A stretch of 30,381 bases of DNA from a virus. Its lineage: Duplodnaviria > Caudoviricetes. The stretch lies in the IMG/VR virus record IMGVR_UViG_3300014208_000103, positions 1 through 30,381 of that record, one strand, 5' to 3'. Below, piece after piece: positions 9,766 through 17,971 of this stretch (position 1 is the first letter of the stretch; each line of letters opens with the position of its first letter). A model generated the notes under the pieces. That model was not told the DNA's origin. It saw only the letters and a program-made list of their open reading frames with translations, and made no database searches. The translations under genes were made by a program, and so were the position numbers.

Positions 9766-10389
9766 TTAAGTGCTTTGTGCTGTGTCTATTCTGTAAAGTT
9801 CTTCCGCTACTGCTGCTATCTTGCTGTTCCAAATTGGGTAAAAGGGAGAATCTTGCCCGGTGTCCTGTACTAAGAATGATCCGTCCGTGCTTGTTAAAGG
9901 CTGTGCTATGTAAGCTACATCGAGATTACCCGACACCGAAGTTGGGAAAACATAAATATTTCCCCCTTGCTCGATCATTGATGGATTATCTGCATCCGGC
10001 GCAAAGGTCGGACTAAACCCTGTAAGCCTTACATGTAATAAACTTGATCTTTCAACCCTTACATATTTACCCGAAGTTACCGCCTTACCTGAAACGAGAG
10101 AATGATAGTTCCTCATTAGGGTTGATGTAATTGCATACACTGCGCTTGTTAAGGCTACTGTGGCTATCTTCACAAGTTCGGGGAACATCATTATGAATTT
10201 CTCTTTATCGCCTCTCACGGCTTCCCATTGGCGGGCAAAGAACAAATTTAAAGCCTTATTCACATAAGTATTTCTATCCGCTACGGAAAGAACTGTTCCG
10301 GCGGTTAAAGCCGTTGCGGCGGGATCATTGATCCGTCTTGAAAACTCTACTTGAATTGCATCAAATTTTGGCGTTGTACTTGCAGGCAT
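9766..10389 (-). CDS. Head-tail adaptor/ring protein paralog 2
   Basis: Start ATG 10389 (TAATG overlap). RNTYVNKAL...GGNIYVFP...LDVAYIAQP motif pattern. Confidence 0.55.
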   Translation of the reverse strand: MPASTTPKFDAIQVEFSRRINDPAATALTAGTVLSVADRNTYVNKALNLFFARQWEAVRGDKEKFIMMFPELVKIATVALTSAVYAITSTLMRNYHSLVSGKAVTSGKYVRVERSSLLHVRLTGFSPTFAPDADNPSMIEQGGNIYVFPTSVSGNLDVAYIAQPLTSTDGSFLVQDTGQDSPFYPIWNSKIAAVAEELYRIDTAQST

Positions 10390-10982
10390 TACCAATTCCC
10401 TTCAATTGTTTTGTCGGTATCGTTGACTTCGTGTGTAACTGAAGCAACTTTCTGTTTTTCATATTCATAACGTTGCAGAAAACTTGGATCAAACTCCGAA
10501 CATATCCCATAAATTAAAGCTAAGTCGTAAGACTTAGGAACTTTCGGTTCAACCGACACGCTCATTTCTTCTGCCGTTGTTAATTCTAATTTATAAGCCC
10601 AAACATCAACGTGATCGGTAGAACTTGGGATAGGAGAAAAGTAAATTTCATTATTAAACTGAGTCCAATATCGGGGAAAACTCCCGGTATAACCTTTATA
10701 ACCGTGCCATTTTTTATTTTCAACAAACTCAATCCTGTCGGGAGTAGTCCAAGATGGGAATAAATTTCTTATAGCGAAAATGGTATCAGAGAGAATACTA
10801 TAATTTTCTATCCCGGAAACGAAAGTAATCACGGCGGCTAATTCCACGCATTGATTTTCTCTCATTAATTGGTTCTGAATAAGAGTAGAGGCAAATATTA
10901 GTTCTGGGTCTTGAATATCAAGTCCGGCTATTTGTTTTAGCTTTATTTTGCAACTACTTAAAATATTCACCGTTCTGCTCAT
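10389..10982 (-). CDS. Head-tail adaptor/ring protein paralog 1
   Basis: FVSGIENYSILSD...FPRYWTQFNNEIYFSPIPS...VPKSYDLALIYG, a common podophage adaptor signature. Confidence 0.65.
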   Translation of the reverse strand: MSRTVNILSSCKIKLKQIAGLDIQDPELIFASTLIQNQLMRENQCVELAAVITFVSGIENYSILSDTIFAIRNLFPSWTTPDRIEFVENKKWHGYKGYTGSFPRYWTQFNNEIYFSPIPSSTDHVDVWAYKLELTTAEEMSVSVEPKVPKSYDLALIYGICSEFDPSFLQRYEYEKQKVASVTHEVNDTDKTIEGNW

Positions 10983-10995
10983 TATTTACTCAAAT

Positions 10996-11490
10996 TTATT
11001 TTTTAGAAACTAATTGAAATATCTGAGAGATTTTCTCACTTCTTTTTTTGATTTTACGAACTAAATTTTTCATCGCTTCAGCTATTGGAAGTTCCGCAAC
11101 CATAGCGTCAAGTTGATCGTCGGTCAATTGTTCCAAACCTTCTACCGTGTATTCGGGTTTTTCAAGAGGAATTTTTTCAACTTCCGGCTTTACTACTTCG
11201 GATAATCCTTCAGGAATTTCCGTTTTCTTCAGTAATTCGTCAAATTGCGATGTCTTTTTGGTTTTAATTTTACCGCGTTTTCTTTCAAATTCTTTCACAT
11301 CTTCTTCGGTAGTACCAATATCTACCTTTTCAAGCGAAACCGATTCAGCAATTTTCTTGCTTTCTTCATCAGCCGGTTCATATTGTCCGGGTTTTGCTTT
11401 CGCGGCAAGAAGGTAATGCTCTAATTGCATCGGATAAGTACCTACAACGCCGTGTCTGTTCGTAAAATTAACTTTGATAATTTGTGACAT
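10996..11490 (-). CDS. Hypothetical acidic protein with a C-terminal HeH / Rho-N-like helical motif
   Basis: 164 aa, GGAG RBS. C-terminus YTVEGLEQLTDDQLDAMVAEL...KKRSEKISQI. Confidence 0.5.
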   Translation of the reverse strand: MSQIIKVNFTNRHGVVGTYPMQLEHYLLAAKAKPGQYEPADEESKKIAESVSLEKVDIGTTEEDVKEFERKRGKIKTKKTSQFDELLKKTEIPEGLSEVVKPEVEKIPLEKPEYTVEGLEQLTDDQLDAMVAELPIAEAMKNLVRKIKKRSEKISQIFQLVSKK

Positions 11491-11520
11491 AAGATTTTAC
11501 TCCTAAATTTATTAAAAATT

Positions 11521-11540
11521 AGGCGGGGTTTAATCCGCCT
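11521..11540 (-). terminator. Rho-independent terminator after the putative decoration gene
   Basis: Minus strand AGGCGG-ATTAAACC-CCGCCT followed by AATTTTT. Confidence 0.6.
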
Positions 11541-11547
11541 GAACGAA

Positions 11548-11850
11548 TTAAGAAGCGATTGCTCCGTATTTCCATGTACTTGTCCCAGCAGCAGCGGTTT
11601 TCATGTAAACTTTTTCTCCCTGTATATCGTAAACGATGGAACCTCTAGGGAAATTGATACATGCAGCGGCAGCAGTTGAAGAAAACGCAGTTGAACTATC
11701 GTACCAAGCGATAACTTTCACATTACCGTCTGCGCCGAGAGTCAAAACGTTTTGCATTAATGCAGCGGTAGCGGCGGCAACATTAAACCGATCTTGCCAA
11801 GAAGCGCCTTCGCCAACAGCAGCATTGTTATATTTAACACCAGTAGCCAT
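11548..11850 (-). CDS. Probable capsid decoration / head-fibre protein
   Basis: 100 aa, Ala-rich, directly after the MCP. FPRGSIVYD...KVYMKT...TW motif. GAGG RBS. Confidence 0.55.
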   Translation of the reverse strand: MATGVKYNNAAVGEGASWQDRFNVAAATAALMQNVLTLGADGNVKVIAWYDSSTAFSSTAAAACINFPRGSIVYDIQGEKVYMKTAAAGTSTWKYGAIAS

Positions 11851-11879
11851 TTTATACCTCGAATTAAAACATGAATAAA

Positions 11880-11901
11880 AGCGGCACGCCTTTGTGCCGC
11901 T
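11880..11901 (-). terminator. Rho-independent terminator after the major capsid gene
   Basis: Minus strand AGCGGCAC-AAAGGC-GTGCCGCT followed by TTTATT. Confidence 0.7.
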
Positions 11902-11913
11902 GTTAATTAACTA

Positions 11914-13293
11914 TTACAGTGTACTGAGAACATCTTCAGCGTAGTACCAACCGACAATCGAACTCTGATTGGCGTAGAACGAACCAGCGCCATTTCCTAA
12001 ATAATTATCGTCATCGATAATATCTGTTCTTTGGAAACCAACAATCATGTCAGCAGCATCGCCGAGGAATTGTTCGTAATCAGCTTTTTCCGAAGAGAAA
12101 GATAATTCAGAACCATATCCAGCGGAGATACACCCAGCGCCTACAACGATAGCGGGTTTTCTAACGCCTGCATCTCTTGGAGTAGCCATGTAAGTCGGGA
12201 GTCCGTAATTAACCGTTCCGTAAGTTGAGTCATAACCGGTATCTCCGGTAATTCTTGCACTTGGAACGTAATCGTCAACGATCAAATAAGCGCCGGCAAC
12301 CCATGAACCTTCAAGTAATCCAGTCCAAAGAGCGTTTGAATCACCGCGATTTTGCGAGAATTTTACGCTTTCATGGTATTCAGGGTCAGCCATTAACTGC
12401 CATGCTAACGCAGGCGGTATGAAGATAACAGGACCTAATCCGCCACCAACATTTATCGGCTGTCCACCATGATAACTGAACAAGTAAACGAGGTTTCTGA
12501 TTGCTTGCATTGTGAATTTTTGAGTAGGATCACCAACCAAAGTTGCCAAACCAACACCAACAGCGGTTTCGTAAGCTGCGTTAAAAACATTTGAAAATGG
12601 AACTTTACCATATCCAGCAACGTAAGTATGCGGATGCGAAGCAAGTGACAAATTTAATCCGTATGACGGATCGGTAATATTGTCGGAATAATTTGCCAAA
12701 AGAGCGTGATAAGGGAACATTGCCAATCTTCGACCGAACCAATCCTGAAGATCGCTTGCGCCTCTTTCCATGAGAGCCATTTGGATTTCGGGTTTTCTCA
12801 ACATTGCTTTTGACATTTTATTGTCTTGGATTTCAACTGCATGACGGACTTGATTAACGGCAACTTTCTTTGTGAAAATTTTCCGTTTTTCTTCATGTCC
12901 TCTCAATACCGCTGCACCAACTTTACCGGCGCCAGTTAAAGGGGAGATAACGGGGACGTCCATATAAATTCCGCCTTCGCGTTCAAAGTCTTTCACAATA
13001 GTGACAAGATTTTTCGGTGCGGGTAACGTCATTGCGCCCGCGTAAGTCCCGGCTTCTTTATATTTTTTAAGGTTAATGATGTCGGTGAACTTAGCCCATT
13101 TACCATAACGCCAAGTCAATTTCTCAATTTTCGTACTTAGCCCGCGTCTGAAAATTTGCATTGCATCAGTGTACATTCCACCCACTACAAGAGTAGCGAA
13201 AGAAACGTTCTGAAGCGCGTTCGACGCGTCTAAAACCAAACAAACTAAAGCAACCAGCCCAAAGGTGGCTGCAAACAAGATTCTACGTTTCAT
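11914..13293 (-). CDS. Major capsid protein, N4-gp56/DUF4043 type, with a hydrophobic N-terminal leader
   Basis: IVKDFEREGGIYMDVPVISPLTGAGKVGAAVLRGHEEKR...VNQVRHAV matches the N4-gp56 pattern. Follows the scaffold and precedes a terminator. GGAG RBS 8 nt before the ATG. Confidence 0.85.
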   Translation of the reverse strand: MKRRILFAATFGLVALVCLVLDASNALQNVSFATLVVGGMYTDAMQIFRRGLSTKIEKLTWRYGKWAKFTDIINLKKYKEAGTYAGAMTLPAPKNLVTIVKDFEREGGIYMDVPVISPLTGAGKVGAAVLRGHEEKRKIFTKKVAVNQVRHAVEIQDNKMSKAMLRKPEIQMALMERGASDLQDWFGRRLAMFPYHALLANYSDNITDPSYGLNLSLASHPHTYVAGYGKVPFSNVFNAAYETAVGVGLATLVGDPTQKFTMQAIRNLVYLFSYHGGQPINVGGGLGPVIFIPPALAWQLMADPEYHESVKFSQNRGDSNALWTGLLEGSWVAGAYLIVDDYVPSARITGDTGYDSTYGTVNYGLPTYMATPRDAGVRKPAIVVGAGCISAGYGSELSFSSEKADYEQFLGDAADMIVGFQRTDIIDDDNYLGNGAGSFYANQSSIVGWYYAEDVLSTL

Positions 13294-13314
13294 TTTAAAA
13301 ACTCCATGAATATT

Positions 13315-14595
13315 TTATTTACGTTTTCCTTTTCCTAATACAGAGTTTTTTATTTTCGTTAAAGCTGAGTCAATATCTTCGATTTTGGCTTCATCATTAT
13401 CAAAAACAGAACTTTCGTCCGAAGGTTTTCTATAACCCATTCCCGGACTCTCTGATAGAGAAGGTTCAATTATTGCGTTCTGTCCTAACTTAAATCCTTC
13501 CGCTCTTGCACGTTCTTTAATCTTATCTTCGATCGCTACATCAAAATAATCTTTCAGTTGATTAGTAACCATGAATGGTTTAATCACCGGCGTATTTTTC
13601 TGATACCAAGCAATTACGTTTTCGTTCGGTTTACCGTTTGGCTGAAGAATATTATCAAACAAAAATTTGTTGTAATATTTATCATCAAAGGTTAAATCCG
13701 GCACCCCAATATCTGCTAACGTCAATCCTTTTGCGTCAAGATAATTCTTGAATAATTGTACGTCGGCTTCAATTTGAGTTTTGGCGCGATCTTCCCAATT
13801 TGTTACGATGTCATAATGTCTATCAAATTCTGTATCGATTTTACCTGAAACTTCTTCCAAGTATCTTCCATACTCCAAAATGCCTGTTGGATTTTGAGCC
13901 ACAAGGTCTCTCTCAAATTCAAGTTTGGCTTCTGGGTCTGATAATCCATTTTCCGGGAAATCGGGATATTTCGTCCGCACTGCTTTTAATAGCATATCAC
14001 CCTTTTGTTTTTTTGCCATTTCGATATAGTCAGGCGATTCGACTACTTTTTTCTCAGGCTTCCAATCTGGATCAAAAGGTGACTTCAAAGATTTAATATA
14101 AATCTGTGAATTAATATAGTTCTTAAATGCGCGTTCAGAGAACTGATCTCCTTTGACACCGTTAAGAATTTGTTTAAAATCTTGCGCCATTTGGTCAAGA
14201 TTTTGAGCGTCTTTGTTCTTTTCTCTGAACTCATTAACCTTTTGCTGAATAACTTCGTCGGTCACTAAAAGTGGCTTTTCGGTTTTATCCGGCTCTTTTG
14301 CTACCGGTTCTTCCGCCGGTTTTTCTTCAGAGACTTCCTGTTGAAGGTTAGGTGCTTCATCAGTGGGTTTTTCCTCGTCAATTTTGGCTTCTTTTGTGAT
14401 TTTTATATCCTTCAAGAAGATTTTAGACTCTACGTTTTCACTATTTGAACTACTAAGAGTCTTAATTGTGTCAAGGAATTTGTCGTTATCAATGTCGTCC
14501 CGCGATAAAATTTCGTCTAACGTAGTTTCATCAAGAGACAATACATCGGTATCGTCATTTATTTCTTCGGTTTTACCCGTGTTTATTTGATCCAT
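13315..14595 (-). CDS. Putative scaffolding protein
   Basis: 426 aa, very acidic with a disordered N-terminus and helical core, immediately upstream of the MCP. Confidence 0.65.
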   Translation of the reverse strand: MDQINTGKTEEINDDTDVLSLDETTLDEILSRDDIDNDKFLDTIKTLSSSNSENVESKIFLKDIKITKEAKIDEEKPTDEAPNLQQEVSEEKPAEEPVAKEPDKTEKPLLVTDEVIQQKVNEFREKNKDAQNLDQMAQDFKQILNGVKGDQFSERAFKNYINSQIYIKSLKSPFDPDWKPEKKVVESPDYIEMAKKQKGDMLLKAVRTKYPDFPENGLSDPEAKLEFERDLVAQNPTGILEYGRYLEEVSGKIDTEFDRHYDIVTNWEDRAKTQIEADVQLFKNYLDAKGLTLADIGVPDLTFDDKYYNKFLFDNILQPNGKPNENVIAWYQKNTPVIKPFMVTNQLKDYFDVAIEDKIKERARAEGFKLGQNAIIEPSLSESPGMGYRKPSDESSVFDNDEAKIEDIDSALTKIKNSVLGKGKRK

Positions 14596-14631
14596 AAATT
14601 CTCCGCTTATTATAGCTTTGATTGATAAAAA

Positions 14632-15105
14632 TTATTTTTTAATGTAAGCCTGAGGTTTTGTAAAGATTAACTCCACATAACCGGAGGCGATTGCTCCGCC
14701 CGTATTGATTAAGTAAATACGATAAGAACCTGCAGTTTTACCAAAAGCAGAAAATGCGCCTATGGTATCAACCTGTGATTGAGGTGCTCCCGCTGCTCGT
14801 AGAGTATCTATCGCAACCGCTGTGCCGTTATAGAGTCCTTGCAATCTGATTGAACAGTTAGGCGCTGAGTAAGTGCCAACTGTTTTGATTGCGTAACTTC
14901 CTACACCGGAAGCAAAGTAATAATTGTAATCCGGGATTGTGAATGGCAGTGTGGTAATTGCAGTAGTCGAGTCAGTAGTCTGAGTCGATAACGTTACTTT
15001 TACCGAGTAAGTACCATTCGCATCATTTTTGTTCCAAGCAGCAACACCTGTCTGAGCGGAAATAAATCCCGCCAATATTGCAACGAATAAAAAAACCTTT
15101 TTCAT
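14632..15105 (-). CDS. Beta-rich protein with a Sec signal peptide, encoded inside the head module
   Basis: MKKVFLFVAILAGFISA|QTG..., followed by a beta-strand-rich mature part. GGAG RBS. Confidence 0.7.
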   Translation of the reverse strand: MKKVFLFVAILAGFISAQTGVAAWNKNDANGTYSVKVTLSTQTTDSTTAITTLPFTIPDYNYYFASGVGSYAIKTVGTYSAPNCSIRLQGLYNGTAVAIDTLRAAGAPQSQVDTIGAFSAFGKTAGSYRIYLINTGGAIASGYVELIFTKPQAYIKK

Positions 15106-15119
15106 TTTATTTCTCCATG

Positions 15120-17234
15120 TTAATTAAATAGACTGTTCATAATATTTTCGGAAACTATTGAGTCGGAAAGTTGTTGATTTTCAAGAGTTCCCTTGTGCAA
15201 TTCGTTCATTTTTTTAAGTAAATCAACTTTAGCATTGTTTTTAGTGAGATCGCGAACCATGTTAGCGTCCTCTTCTTGCTTCTGTTGAGCTGCCTGCGCT
15301 TGTTCTACTTTTGCCTGTTGTGCTTTTTTAATGTAAGCGATCATTTTGTGCCTTGTCGACAAACCGGAAACTTCCAAAGCTGTGATTGGATCAACGTAAG
15401 ACGGGTCAAGTCCTTGTAACCATGTATTAAATTGCATGATTTTTTGACTTTCAACTTCAAGCGCTTTTCTCCCGAGAGGTTGTTTGCTTGTTTTTATCCG
15501 AAATCTACCGAACGAAACATCATTCATCAATTTACCCAAGATAGAAACATTTAACTGTAACCATTCTTGGTCGGCATCATCGCCTATTAATGAAATAACC
15601 CTTGGCATTGTCAAATAAGTTTGCGCCAATGCAAGATTATTATTCGCTATCATTATCAAAGCATGTTGAGCGTTGTCGTTAATCCATTCCATGAGTATAG
15701 AGGCTTGTCCAATCCTTTGCGCGTACAGCGTACCAGATTCCTTAGAGGACTCCTTCCTGCCTTGCACGTTCGGACTTTGACCGGAAATAGTCTCCGTGTC
15801 GGCTTTTTCCATAGCAGCTTCTTCAGCTAATCCCATAGGTAATCCCGGAGGAACGTTTGGAATTATCCTACGGTTCGCAAGAGCGCCGTCAGCGACTTTC
15901 TTGAGACTTACTATCTCATTGCTCATTAAATCATCCTCATAACCTTTAACGGCTCCCGCTTCGGCAATATAACCGCCTTGGGTGGACTTCATTAAATAAG
16001 TCAAGATTGTGTTCCGTCTCAGGTTATAACTTGAAACCGGATCAACGATTGAATCAAGAACAGATTTTGTTTCTAAAATATCGGGGTGAAAATCATAACA
16101 TAATATTGGGATATATTTAAAATTACCCGATTGGCATTTCTGCATATCATCATAAAGGACTAAATTTAATGCAGGACAAACCGACGTTTGCCAAATCACT
16201 TCACGCCATTTTTCTTCAACTTTTGGGTCTTGGAAAGATTGCATTAAGTATGAAAGTTTATCCCTATCATACCAATTCTTTTCGGATGAAGCGTCTTTCA
16301 TTTTAACTTCATTCGTTATGTCTTGGTTCTTCCCGGTCGTAAGGTCTGTAATCGTCATAATTGGCTGTTGCCTTCGCTCGAACCAATCTACAACCTTGAA
16401 CCGTCCATCACCGTTGTACCAATCAGAACCGTAATTATATTTCAAATCCCCATCGTTAAAGGAATTGTAACCATGCTTTGCGCCTTGATAATTGAGAGAA
16501 GCGTTTAAGAATCTTTCAGCCCAAGTTAAAAGCATACGTTTCATTTTCCCTTTCTTCATAGCACTTTCGCCGACTACGAGCATCGCCTTCTCGTATATTT
16601 CGTCTCTCAATGAGTGATCTTTTTTGGCGTAAATATCTATGATCTCAGAAGCCTCATAAAGCCCACTATCGGACATATAACGCATATCTTTGGTATCACG
16701 TCGAGTCCAATTTGTGTCAAACTTTAACCTTAAACCGTCATACCATTCTACCGAAACCATGCCTTCGGGGTCTTTTTGATAGGAAAAAGATGTTTTTAAC
16801 CATCCAATTCTACCAACTACCGACCAAAGAAATGCTTTTGCCAACTCATATTCAATGTCATTGGCTTGGGTAAGAAAGTAATTTGAGAGTTTTTTCTGAA
16901 GGTCTGCGGCTTGCTGATCTTGAGGAGTTTCGCCGGAAAAATCTAATCCCGGGATTTGCCCTTTGAAGTTACCTACTATCGATAAAATTATCGGTAAGAA
17001 TAAGTTCCATTCAAAGTTCGGTCTTTTTTCAAGACTGAGTTTGGCTAAATCTGCATCGGAATAAATATGACCGGCGAGTCGATAAAAATTTTGTAGAATT
17101 TCTTTCTGCCATGAATCGAACTTCGCTACAAGCGATAATTCTGCCGTGCCAATTCGAGCAATCGTCTGAGTATCTTCATACTTAGAACGACTCTCCTGCA
17201 TCGGAGAAGGTTCATAATTCATTTGGAAAGGCAT
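15120..17234 (-). CDS. Portal protein (P22-like)
   Basis: ~704 aa. KRPNFEWNLFLPIILSIVG, VVGRIGWLK, ISGQSPNVQG...ESG and a C-terminal Q-rich coiled coil. Start ATG 17234 preferred over TTG 17246. Confidence 0.85.
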   Translation of the reverse strand: MPFQMNYEPSPMQESRSKYEDTQTIARIGTAELSLVAKFDSWQKEILQNFYRLAGHIYSDADLAKLSLEKRPNFEWNLFLPIILSIVGNFKGQIPGLDFSGETPQDQQAADLQKKLSNYFLTQANDIEYELAKAFLWSVVGRIGWLKTSFSYQKDPEGMVSVEWYDGLRLKFDTNWTRRDTKDMRYMSDSGLYEASEIIDIYAKKDHSLRDEIYEKAMLVVGESAMKKGKMKRMLLTWAERFLNASLNYQGAKHGYNSFNDGDLKYNYGSDWYNGDGRFKVVDWFERRQQPIMTITDLTTGKNQDITNEVKMKDASSEKNWYDRDKLSYLMQSFQDPKVEEKWREVIWQTSVCPALNLVLYDDMQKCQSGNFKYIPILCYDFHPDILETKSVLDSIVDPVSSYNLRRNTILTYLMKSTQGGYIAEAGAVKGYEDDLMSNEIVSLKKVADGALANRRIIPNVPPGLPMGLAEEAAMEKADTETISGQSPNVQGRKESSKESGTLYAQRIGQASILMEWINDNAQHALIMIANNNLALAQTYLTMPRVISLIGDDADQEWLQLNVSILGKLMNDVSFGRFRIKTSKQPLGRKALEVESQKIMQFNTWLQGLDPSYVDPITALEVSGLSTRHKMIAYIKKAQQAKVEQAQAAQQKQEEDANMVRDLTKNNAKVDLLKKMNELHKGTLENQQLSDSIVSENIMNSLFN

Positions 17235-17264
17235 AATTTGAACCAAAATTTTTAATGATGGTTA

Positions 17265-17293
17265 AATATATGCAGAAAGTTTTTCTAAGTCAA
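17265..17293 (-). promoter_or_regulatory. Sigma70-type promoter for the portal/virion operon
   Basis: TTGACT-17 bp-TATATT on the minus strand. Confidence 0.7.
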
Positions 17294-17300
17294 TAGGGAA

Positions 17301-17355
17301 TCGGTAATTTTTACCGAGAAAATCAGTAATACTTACCAGTGGTAGATTTTACCGA
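17301..17355. promoter_or_regulatory. Three palindromic operator-like boxes (GGTAA-N3-TTACC consensus) upstream of the virion promoter
   Basis: TCGGTAATTTTTACCGA (17301-17317, perfect palindrome), TCAGTAATACTTACCAG (17323-17339), GTGGTAGATTTTACCGA (17339-17355). Confidence 0.65.
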
Positions 17356-17556
17356 TTAGTTTAAATTAATAGAAATAAATCCAATCGAGGTTGCGGCAAT
17401 GCAAAAATTGTTGACTATAATAAAATCAAATAAACAAACGGTTATCCCTATCGGCACTTGGAGAATCATGTTTGAGATTTGTGTTGGGAGAAACGTTAGT
17501 ATGTAAAAACACATCGCAATAATAATTAAGTGATGTAATATTTTGATTGTTCTCAT
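17356..17556 (-). CDS. Small hydrophobic (membrane) protein, 66 aa
   Basis: ATG 17556 overlaps the upstream TGA (ATGA). Two hydrophobic stretches. Confidence 0.45.
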   Translation of the reverse strand: MRTIKILHHLIIIAMCFYILTFLPTQISNMILQVPIGITVCLFDFIIVNNFCIAATSIGFISINLN

Positions 17557-17963
17557 ACCCAATCCTCGCCGTTCCAGGTCTTGTTGAAGTTGCGTTTCAT
17601 AACGTACATTAACAATAGTTGTTCTAACGAATCCCCCGCTTCGTCGTAACCAAATTGGTTTTCAATGCTCCAAAACTTCTTCCCTTTTTTCGTATTGGGA
17701 TTAAATTTATTCTTCCGGGGATAATCAAGTTTTTTTATCTCAAGGCAATCCTCTATCATCTCTTGCAGTTGGTCTTGGCGGGGAAGCCAAATAAATTTAG
17801 TTTTAGGCGGGTTATATGAGAAAAAATCGCCCATTGTATTCAAGAAAATCGTTGGATCAGAATCCCTTAGTTTTGTGTAACCTACCAGTATTTTTACTTG
17901 TGGTTGTATTTCTTTTGCCGCCTCACACATTTTGATATAAGTTCTGTCCTTGTAAAATTTCAT
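17553..17963 (-). CDS. Conserved phage hypothetical protein
   Basis: YIKMCEAAKEIQ...WLPRQDQLQEMI...SLEQLLLMYVMK...W motif set. AGGAG RBS. Confidence 0.7.
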   Translation of the reverse strand: MKFYKDRTYIKMCEAAKEIQPQVKILVGYTKLRDSDPTIFLNTMGDFFSYNPPKTKFIWLPRQDQLQEMIEDCLEIKKLDYPRKNKFNPNTKKGKKFWSIENQFGYDEAGDSLEQLLLMYVMKRNFNKTWNGEDWV

Positions 17964-17971
17964 ATTTTCTC

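Noticed and set aside
17356-17556. Holin call for the small hydrophobic ORF
   Set aside because: No adjacent endolysin and no charged C-terminal tail, so support is insufficient.
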